Assembly: GCA_907165135.1 (NCBI GenBank)
Contig: OU015566.1
Location: forward strand, 9,362,001 to 9,426,000
Reading direction: 5' to 3'
DNA length: 64,000 bases
DNA from: Oikopleura dioica
Lineage: Eukaryota; Animalia; Chordata
Shown: positions 34,610-44,715 of the stretch, piece by piece
How positions within the stretch are numbered: position 1 is the first letter of the stretch
How the letters are laid out: each line of letters opens with the position of its first letter
Notes under the pieces: model-generated
Seen by the model: only the letters and a program-made list of their open reading frames with translations
Databases searched by the model: none
Told to the model about the DNA's origin: nothing
Position numbers and translations under genes: made by a program

Positions 34610-37466
34610 TTACAGCGGAGGCGGCCTACTGTTATTAGATCCGCCATTGAGGATCATGCGCTGCGTCTTCTCGTACCAGACGGGATGCTTGCGTTGGATT
34701 TTCTCGACAATGCTGAGCAAAGAGTCGCACGTGTCGCGGATGGAGTAGTTCCACACTGTCTCTTGACTTTCGTGTTCAAATCGGATGTACTCGTCTACTT
34801 GATCCAACTCGGCTCTGAATAACAATTCGCTGTTTTTTGAATCTGCCAAAAATTTGAAAAAAAAGACTTTTTGGCCGAGGGAGAGACTTGATCTTCGATT
34901 TGACTTACGACAATCGCTTCTCAAGAATCATGTTAGCAACAAGCTGCTCCGCCTGGCGGCAAGGAATGCCAAGAAGTCTTCCCAGATCTTGAAAGCATAA
35001 CGATTTGTAGTGAAGTGAAATCGCGAAGATGTTGTGTTCCTTCATCGCTTTTTCGATCAACGTCCATCCTTCTGGTGTCATTTGTTGGTAGTGTTTTTCT
35101 TTGAGAATTGAGGAAAATACTTGTACTTCTTTCTCGCTGATAATTTGTTGCTTGTAGACCTTTTCGAGGAGACCGAAAGTGAGCATTTTTGGAGCGCGAA
35201 TATCTGAATTTTTAAGAAAATGATGAAATGCAAGCTTAAGAATCTACCTTTATATATCGCGCAAATGAGGCGCGTTCGATTCTTTCCAGCTGGAGAAAGA
35301 ATCGCACAATTAATCGCTTTCAATAAGCACTAGTCGCAAAATAGATTAGTTTTAGTCATGTTATCATATGTTACTTTTGCTCGTTCTTCGTCGGCGACAA
35401 TATTCAAGTCTAACGAAAGTTGAAAGTATTTCTGCGAAGCATCGAGGAATTTCTGCTTGTAGTCGAGGATTCTAGCGTGGCTCAATTGGTACAATAGCTT
35501 GTCACCAGCGCTCGCTTCTTGTAAAAATGCTAAAAATGAGGGTTGAAAAGCTACTATTTGGTCAACAAGAGCAACCTGTAGCTCGATTTAAAGCAAGTTC
35601 TGCTTTTGTTGGGTCGTTTACTGACTCCATCAAATAGAGCTTCACAATTCTGAGGTAAACTCCCAGTCGATTGATTGTCAGAAACATGTCGCTTCCGATC
35701 GTCATTGCGGTTGAATTGGCAGTCACCGAAATCGAGTTGAGAATATCCGCCGTTTTTTCGAATTCGCCGTTATTTTCGTAAAGATCCGCCAGAGTCATTT
35801 TCAAATTATTGACTATTCGATTTGGTAATGATGATTTCCATTTGTAAAAATTACCGTGTTGCTCGAAGGAAAGATTTCGTGCTTGAAGGCATTCGAGTGC
35901 GACTTCGCAGAATGATCGCTTGTTCTCGTCGCTAGAAAATGGATTCGATGGGGGAATGAGGCTCAATGCATACTTCAAAGGTTGAATATCGTCGCTCAAT
36001 TGATCCAAAAACTGTCTAGCGAAAATTTGCGACCGGTTCTCGTCAGTAAGCGCGGTTAGCGTCGTCCTAACAGGGTGGAACATTCGGCCGGGCAAACTCG
36101 GGCAAATTGGTCGGCGCCGGGCAACGGCGGGCAAACGGCCGGCGCGAGGGTCATATTTTGGGTAAAAAACGGGCAACTTCGGGCAGTCGGGCAAAGTCGG
36201 CGCCCGAAAAAGGCACCATCGGCCGGGAAAAACGGCGCCCGGAAAAAGTTGGCGGGCGGGCAAAAAAGTCGGCGGGCCAACCAGGGAAGCACTAATACTA
36301 ACATTTTCAATCCCAGAGTTCGAAATCTATGGGAGTAAAATTGGGAGCTTCCAAAGGGAGCTCCCTTTTTTGGGAGCACGGAGGGAGCAGGAGCACAGGT
36401 TTTCAGGGCTGGGAGTAAATTGGGAGCTCCCCAAATAATAATAATTATTAGCTTAATAATTATTAATTATGATACCGTGATTGCTCAGATTTTTATTAGA
36501 AGAGACGTTTTTTTTATTAGATTTATTTTTAAATGTCTCTTCTGAAATTTGATATCAATAAATAGCCTAAAATTGACCTAAATTTGGTTATGTAATTTTA
36601 ATAAGAAAATATTGAAGTCATTCACGAAATTCGCCTATTTGGCATTATGCCTATTTATACTTTCTTTATCATTGCTATATAATAACCATACAACGATGGT
36701 TTTGCTACTTAGACTTTACTTAATAAAATTAAAAACTTTCGAAAATTTTTGAAATTTGAAAAAGGGAGCAAAATTGGGAGCTCCCAAAGGGAGCTCCCTT
36801 TTGGGAGCAGGGAGGGAGCAGGAGCACGGGTTTTTACGAGGGAGCTCCCTTTTTCAGGGTGAGGGAGCAGGGAGGGAGCGGGAGCACGGATTTTCTACCA
36901 GATTTCGAACTCTGTTCAATCCACTACTCTCGATTATTGTTAATTATTATTAAGGGACTTTCCTTTTTATGGTCGACATGTTTGTCATACGGTGAAATTA
37001 TCCTCCTTTTTATAAAGAATGACTTTCTACTGCCTAACCGGGCTCATATCACGAAATTTTTACATTCACTCATTTCTTAGTCGAGTAAATCGGCGTCCTA
37101 ATTTTGTCCATAAAATATCGGCGCCGGAATTATTGTTGGCGGCCGGGCAGAAATCGGCGCCGGAGTAAAGTCGGGCAAAAATCGGCGCCGGACAAAAATC
37201 GGGCAGAAATCTGCGCCGGGCAAAGCCGGGCGTCCGAAATTTCGCCGGTTTTTCCCGGCGCCGATGAAAATTTCCGGGCATCGGCGGGCAATCGGCCGGC
37301 CAGACCCAAAATTTTTGCCCGAATGTTCCACCCTGGTCCTAAGCGCTTGAATTGGCGATTCCGGATCATTTATAATTGCGTTTGTCCAAATTCTATAATC
37401 AGGTGGAGCATCGGCTGTCCAGGAAGCTCGGATTAGCTCGTCAATTCGACTGGGATTTTGGCTCAT
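34610..37466 (-). CDS. COPS4: COP9 signalosome subunit 4, interrupted in exon 1/2 by a transposon
   Basis: QALR|TTLTALTDENRSQIFARQFL, HARILDYKQKFLDASQKY, KAINCAILSPAGKNRTRLI, IEKAMKEHNIFAIS, DQVDEYIRFE..WNYSIRDTC..VEKI all match CSN4/PCI domain segments. Confidence 0.9.
36071..37335. mobile_element. Non-autonomous TIR element with 7-bp TSD inside COPS4 coding sequence
   Basis: gtcctaa|cagggtggaacattcgg ... ccgaatgttccaccctg|gtcctaa. Many subterminal (c/t)cgggcaaa and cggcgccg repeats. Confidence 0.92.
36314..36914. mobile_element. Nested hAT-like element (8-bp TSD)
   Basis: ttcaatcc|cagagttcgaaatct ... agatttcgaactctg|ttcaatcc. Internal gggagc(a/t) repeats. Confidence 0.92.
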
Positions 37467-38510
37467 ATTCGAAAACTCGTCGATAACTCGGGATGAAAGT
37501 ACAGTACCAGTGTTTCTTAAAAGAGATTGCTTGTATTTACTGCTTTTACTGTAAAAATGCATATTCTGAAGGGACAGAAGGAGAAGAGCATGAGAAAGCG
37601 ATGCGTTTCGCCTTCTTTATCGAAGACCGAATAGAACTGAGGAGACTAATTGACGCATGAGATTTGAAGTGTTGAGAAAGTTGGGCCGATAAAGATTGAA
37701 ACCGGGGCTCCCAAGAATAAAAGAGCACCGGCAAAAGCGTATATAAATCGAGAGGTTCGAAGCGTCAGATTGAGATTCATCCAAAACAGAGAAACACACG
37801 CGGATTTTCAAATTTACATCGCCATTTATAACTTCGTAAAAATGAAGAAATACACTCAACGAATAAAGTTAAATGATAATTAAATACTTAATTCAAGCTT
37901 AATTTAAGACAATTTCTCTACACTAAAATTGAGCAGAAGAAAGTCAAGTCCTTTGCCTCAGAAAAGGAGAAAGTTTGCGGAGTTGTCCATCTCACAATTT
38001 CCCATTGGCCAAATCTTCAGCGAGTGACTCAGAAGAGTGCACTCATTTGCCCCTAGAGAAATCATTTTTGCCTATTTTTCAGACTTTCAATTTTTTTGCA
38101 TTTTTACAAATTACGCAAATCTCAATTCTACAAATTCCAAGGCAGTAGACAGAGAATCACGTGACGCGTCAGGAACGCAAGGCCACCTCGTAATTTATCA
38201 TTTGCGCAAACATACCATTTTTATCATTATTTCAAAAAATTCGAATTCCAAATTTCTTTTTATCTAAAACTTTGCTTCCGAAAAACTGATTTCGGAAAAA
38301 GTTCAAAATCTGGACAACCTTTGCGTGCTCGCGGCGAAATGTCACCTCCTCGTTTCATCCCTTATTTTATTCTAGCGTTCAATCAATTTTCAGTATAATC
38401 AGTGTTTATAGTATAAACTTTATACTGTTGTCTGAACGAAGATAATAAAAAGGGATGAACCAATGTGGGGACATTTTGCTATTGACCAATTGATAGCTGT
38501 GCTGGGCTCG

Positions 38511-38615
38511 ACCTGTGTAAAAAACCTGAGTCAGGATCTGAAAATTGCCATTTCGATCTCCGTCGGCTTTTCCTCAATGATCTTTCAGACCCTGACTCAG
38601 GTTTTCTACATAAGT
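38511..38615. mobile_element. Short MITE family copy 2
   Basis: acctgtgtaaaaaacctgagtcagg ... cctgactcaggttttctacataagt, the same TIR core as 33641-33747. Confidence 0.6.
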
Positions 38616-41600
38616 TTCAGAGCCTAGTAGCTGTTATTTAGCTTAAATTTTTGTCAACAAAGTTTGACCCAGTATTTCTTGATTAATAAATCAACTAGAA
38701 CACAAACAAAAATACTTTTTACACTCTTATATGATCAACCCTCCGGCGAACGAAAAATTTCAAAAAAGTAAAGATAGTTGGATTAAAAATTCCGCGATCT
38801 TTGAACCAGAACATGGCTATTCCTAGCCATGTTTGTTGTTGCTTCTAGTGGGGTGCACGACTACTTATTTCATTCGTGGCGGTTTTCGCAACACAAACGC
38901 TTTTTAGTAAGCTGTTGTTTGGGAAACATGTTACGCTTTCCGTATTTTGCCCTTCGACCTCGGCTCTCGCTAGGTGGCGCGGCAAAAATGCGCGTTCGTG
39001 CCAGGCACCACCAGGATGCACCACCAAATGCAACGTGCCCGCCACGAAAAATTGAAAGCTCTATTTTCTATTCCCAAACGGTGCTTTTTAATTAATAACA
39101 GAAAATAAATGAGAGAAGATGATTGAGAAAAAGCACGGGCTACCCCAGACCTTCAAGTTGTGAAAAAACGGAACTTTGGTACAACAGCTCGTTCAGCTGG
39201 CTGTAGATTCTGTCTGCGAGACATCACAGCCGTCCGGGCAGCTGGCGGATCAGTTCTGTCCATTCGACGCGTTACTGTTAAGTTGAAGTCATAAAGAGAA
39301 TAGAAAGGAAAATCTGTTATTTACTTTTTATTCAATGCCAAAAATGACCCCTTATGCTTCTTTTCCAATCGAAAGACTATAAATTGCATTGTCTTAACAT
39401 CTGCATCCTTGTTGATTTCAAAACTTCGAGGCGAGGATCTTGACATTCGATCTGTAAGTTTTGGGAAAGTAGCGGCGCCTTAGGTAAGCGGTAGTGCTCC
39501 ACCGCCAAATATGCGCCGTGCGGTGTATTTTGAGGAGGCGGGCACTCGACAGCGGTCAATTGTTTGGAATTTGACGATCGCTTTCGGAAATAACCTTGAG
39601 GCTTATTATACCTGTCTGATGCTGTTGCTCTTGGAGGGCGACCAAAGTACGCAGAGCATGAAAATATTATCAGATTAGAAATTAAACTTTGGAACGCGTA
39701 TTGTTTTATCCCGATTGGGTTTTCCCAAGTTACCCTCTTTCACAGGGAATCCCAGAGTCTATTCACTGCACTTTTGAAGAAACATGAGGTTTTGAATTTA
39801 TCATTTTGTTATTATCAAGAACGGATACTCGATTGGTGAAATGGCTCAAATTTGTAATTGGCACGTTCCTGTGGTCGGATTATCATTTTATTTAGTAGAA
39901 ACATAATTCGTGCACGTGGGATTGTGTTAAGTGGCAGCAACGATCGTCATCATCGTGGTGGTTGTTTGTAGAAACAATGCGAAATTGGAGTAACAAGTGT
40001 TTACATGAAAATAGAATACAAGAAGCACGATTCTAGTGAGTAGTCCGCGCGGCACAAGAATAATAACAAATTTCGAATTGAGTATTGAGTGTTTAGAATT
40101 CTTCATTTAGAAAAATGGTTGAAGCCAGCTGCTTGATTATTTCTACATACATGAAGTACAAGTTGTCAGACAAGGGAATACGGGAAGTGGCTCTTTTTCA
40201 TTTGTATTCTAATTTCGACGTCGCCAGTCGCAGTACCGTGAAGATAAATGTCAAGAAAGCAATCCACTCAGCTTTTCAGGGATAAAAATTTGCGTCTTCC
40301 AAGACTGCATTCTGCAAAATTGTGGAGGTCGAAAGAGAAAAGTTCGAAGAACAACGAAAAAGACGCTGTTTGGCAAAGTACCAACCGTTTTCTTTGCAAA
40401 GTTGTAACTTTGCGCATGTCAAAAAAGTGACTCGCTCCCGGCTCTATTGAAACACTCGTCTGACATTCAGTGACAATTACACGTCAAGACTAGTTACTAG
40501 TTGTAGCAAGTTTGGATTACTAGTAACTAGTTTTTGTATCCCTTCCGAACATGATGAACGAGTTGAATAGAGCTTTCCAATTTGTCTTCTCTGAAAACAT
40601 ATTTTTAATAATGTCGTTCTCTGGTTGACGCATACCATCTGCTTTTATATCATCCATGACTTTTCTGAAAAACGATTTCTTCGGAAGCTGACGTTCACTG
40701 CTTGAAGCTGACTAAAAACACACCGTCTTAGATTCTCTCCTCCGTCCGTTTTAGTTGGATAAAACAATCAAAAAAAGCCTTGATCCATCAATTGTGGCGA
40801 CTTTCTTTCATAGCTCCAGCACAGCGGGCTGTTTTTTTTTCGTAGACTCGCCCCCTTTTTGGTAGAAGTGAACTGCACTATTTGCGCGAGTTAAATAATG
40901 GTGCAGAGTGGGCTTTTTATGGTTCATCAGTTTACCGAGGAGGTAATCAGCCTAACCGTGAAAATAACAAAGAAAAGATCGTATCATTATAATCAGCTCA
41001 AAAATGCTGGACTACACGCCTATCTGGGGTACTACAAGAGATTGCCAGTAATGAGTTCTCGGCGCTTGAATTTCGCCAAGTACCACAAACAAGGTTTGAA
41101 CGACCGGGTACTCCCCGGCTCGCTGGGTCAAAGATATTCAAAACCTGCGCTAACAACATGCAAATGCTTGAATGACCATTGTTTCCAAAATAACCAGGCG
41201 CGCTCAAGACACTCTCCGCGATGGACCGAATGGTTCGAGGAAATTTGAACACAGTTCAAATTCTAGTTAAAATTTGAAGAAGCGCCAAAAGTAAAGAACA
41301 GTTGCGCACTTGAAAGTGGCAATTTATCATTCTCGGGCGCGGTAAGGGTAATCATACACTGCCAGGTCATTATCTTGCCCGCTCTGAGGTCAATTTAAAG
41401 GTGAGGCGAGTAAAAAATGTTGATTTTGGCGCTAGAATGATATTGACGAATTCGTAAAATACTTCAAGTAAAAATATCTGTGAAAGAATGATTATTAACA
41501 AACCTCCAGAAGCGGCTCTTCCGACTCTGTTCTCATTGCCAACGAAAAAAGTGACAGTAAGAAAAGTACGCGCGTGTTATTAAAATTTCTCTTCTTCGCT

Positions 41601-41709
41601 AGTAACAATGACGCAAAGCTTGCAAATGGCCCCGCACCCTAACTGTGCAAACACAAAGACAGAGAGAGTTGATCAAAATCGCGTCATTGTGAAAATGATA
41701 GCCTACTAC

Positions 41710-43091
41710 CAGGGGTGACCATTTGGGCATTGGGCATTTGGGCAAATCGGGCAATTTTCGGGCAAAAACGGTTGAATCTTCCAACCTTTCGGGATCCCGA
41801 ATGTTTCGGGATTTCCCGAAACATTCGCAGTGAAAATGAGCCTTTTTGTCTTCGAACCTTTCGGGGATGATTTTCAATGATTTCTGTCCGAGAAAATATT
41901 TAAAGCAAAATAGTAACGTCTACGTACATCTTTACTGAAGCAAATGAAGGCGCGAACGAAAAAAATAATTTACACGAATTTTTGGATTTATAACTCATGA
42001 AACTCTCTATAAGACAGGCGCGGAGCGCATACATTCTCTTTGACTGCGAATTCACAATTGAAACAAGGTATGGCCTTCTTAGACCATCGAATTTGACGAA
42101 GGCAGCTAGAGATATCTTTTTGATAAGTAAAATGCCCGAATTCGGCATTTATACCACTTTTTTATAACGTAATCCTCAACTAATTTCCCGAATGATTCGG
42201 GCGATCCCGAAAGGTTCGGGAATTCCCGAAAGATTCGGGAGTAATCCCGAAAGATTCGGGAAATCCCGAAACATTCGGGATCCCGAAAGGTTGGAAGTGA
42301 CGACCGGCAAAAACGCTTTTGGGCGGGCATTTGGTCGGCTCAACGCCTGAAAATAGGCTGGGCAACATTGGAAAAGTCGGGCATTTGGGCATTTCTGGGC
42401 AGTTGGGCACCATCGGGCAGTTGGGCAAATGCCCACCGTGGAAAATCATGAACGTGGGCGTTTTCCTGTCCGCTTATTAGTCGTTAAGCTCACAAACAAG
42501 AAAAAAGATATAAGGAGAAGGTTCTGCAAGGGTGTGTGAAGTGGACCTCTATGGTTAGCTGTCTACCTTTGACCTCTTGATCCTTTTGTGAAATTGTCCC
42601 TACCCTTAACTCAGCCCCTTCTTTGCGGAGATGGTTCTGCAAGGGTGTGTGAAGTGGACCTTCATGGTTAGCTGTCTACCCTTGACCTCCAGATCCTTTT
42701 TATCCCTCATTTTTCCAACCCCATTTTTGCACCCCTTTTTTCGAGACGGTTATGCAAGAGTGTGTGAAGTGGACCTTAATGGTTAGCTATCTATTCTTGA
42801 CAACCTGATCGATCTTTTACAAAATTATTTTTTAACCGCTTTTTAAATATATTTCAAACCTTCCAAATCTTAAACTGGGATAAATTATTGAGAGAAATTT
42901 AAAAAATTAAAGTTTTAACAAGCACGAAATGTTGGGAAAATTTTTGCCCGAAAAATTGCCCAATTGCCCGATTGGGCATTCTAGGCACATTGGACTGGTC
43001 GGGCATTTGGTCGGCCCGGGTCTTGATTTTTGCTATTGGGCGGGCAATTGGTCGGCCCGACGATAATTTTTTGCCCAAATGGTCACCCCTG
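41710..43091. mobile_element. hAT-like non-autonomous element (8-bp TSD, CAGGGG termini)
   Basis: cctactac|caggggtgaccatttgggca ... gcccaaatggtcacccctg|cctactac. Arrays of gggca and ttcgggatcccgaa motifs. Confidence 0.92.
42520..42810. repeat. Three tandem ~114-bp repeats inside the hAT-like element
   Basis: ggtt(c/a)tgcaag(g/a)gtgtgtgaagtggacc...atggttagct(g/a)tcta..ttgac starting at ~42520, 42633 and 42748. Confidence 0.85.
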
Positions 43092-43716
43092 CCTACTACA
43101 GCTCATAAAAATGACGATTACACTGTTTTAGTGATGACCAAAGCAAAAAAGGAGATGATAAATTTAAAAAAAGGAATGAAACATTAAAGATATTTTATAT
43201 CTTCCATTCTAAAAGTTATCGAGTAGAACATTGAACAACGCAAGGAACTTGACATCAACAAAAAATCTGACAACACAGAGCCTCACCATATCTACAACTC
43301 GGATATCCATATTGAAAGCCCTTTGAAACTTTCACTTGTTATTTCTCTCTGAAATATATTGTCTGAAGTATTTGATCGCAATTTCGTAGAACAGAAATCT
43401 GCGGGAAATTTCGGCATTTCCGGCATTCGCTTGATCCGGTACTACTTCTTTGGAGTATTTTTGTAAGAAGTTTATTTAATATTTTTTTATTTTTTTGCGA
43501 AAGTTGAATGGGGCGAAATACGGAGATAAGTTGATGTTCAGTACTACTGAACTTCAGTAGAGCTGAGAGGAATTAATGGGAGGCAATAGGATCGGAGTCA
43601 AACCTATTAACAGACTTTTTAACAAAGTAAATGGTTCATTAATTGACTGTGATTGAACTTGAAGAGATTCCGAAGATGAGTGGTAAGAGATTGGGTGAGC
43701 TTTGGTACTGACTTAA

Positions 43717-44111
43717 GGGGGTAGAACTAGGATTTTCGAAAATAGCCAATTCTAGACCGGCGCTCAAAGTCAGACAAGCTAAGATATTCAAATTCTCTCT
43801 TCAGCTGAAGATAGAGCAAACGTAGATCTAACAACATTTTTCTTAAAAAAATTTTTCGTCAACAAATTTTGGCGGTGGAGAACAAAACACCAACCTATCT
43901 CATCGAAAATCGCCATTTTAGCCTATGCGCGTCCTCAAATTTCTCGAGTCACGTGACTAGCCAAATATTTTAAATTTCAATTTTTGATAGTTTAACGCTT
44001 TTTCTAGCAACATCTATGAGGAAATTTCGTTAACATAAGTAAAAACAGGTTTTTCTTATTTAAAGGGGCTCTCAAAAATCACTTATTTTCGAAAAATCTA
44101 GTTCTACCCCC
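43717..44111. mobile_element. Non-autonomous element, TTAA TSD, GG termini (Kolobok-like)
   Basis: ttaa|gggggtagaactag.ttttcgaaaata ... tattttcgaaaaatctagttctaccccc|ttaa. Confidence 0.88.
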
Positions 44112-44715
44112 TTAAATGGAGCTAAATCTAAGTGATAAATTGCCTAATTTATGAAATGAACAAGTTTCTAACTCGAAATTCAAAACTTCAATTTTAATTA
44201 ATAACTTCGAAAAAATAGAAATTGGAAAAAGTGGAGCTGAGATAAAATGAGACTAAAACTGGAGCCAGCCGAAGGTACTGTATTCGAAGATAGGCCGGAG
44301 AAAAGGAAAATAGGTTTTGGAAGAAAACAACAAGACGGATATTCATAAAGAGACGAGTTAATCTGTAAATGCTTGGTTGTTATTGTATGTATTCATTGTA
44401 TCGTTCCTTTTTGAGCGGTCGTAAGTTAGGCTTTATAAGAAAAGGAATAATGAAGATATTGATGGGTTCAATAAATGTCTCAATTTGTCGAGAAACAAGA
44501 TTCTAGCGCACAAAGGAATTGTTTTTTGTACAAAATGCAAAGAGAGTACGCTTTTAGTTGATAAAAAATTGCAAACAAATTGAAATTGAAAATTGGTAAA
44601 ATAGGAAAAAGAAGATTCGCTTGAAAATGGAGCTGAATTCGAAGGTTTCCGAAGAAGGGTCGTGCGGGTGGAGCAGCGGGTGGTCACTTTTAGCTTTTTT
44701 TTGAGAACGAGAGTG

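Noticed and set aside
36056-37436. Many overlapping ORFs in the ORF track (also 42106-42449, 25385-25675, 26560-26997)
   Set aside because: They arise from GC-rich subterminal repeats of non-autonomous transposons and show no transposase motifs.
41996-42170. Possible hAT transposase C-terminal remnant (RYGLLRPSNL..IFL)
   Set aside because: Similarity to the hAT dimerisation motif is too weak (no ERxFS) and the ORF is only ~56 codons.
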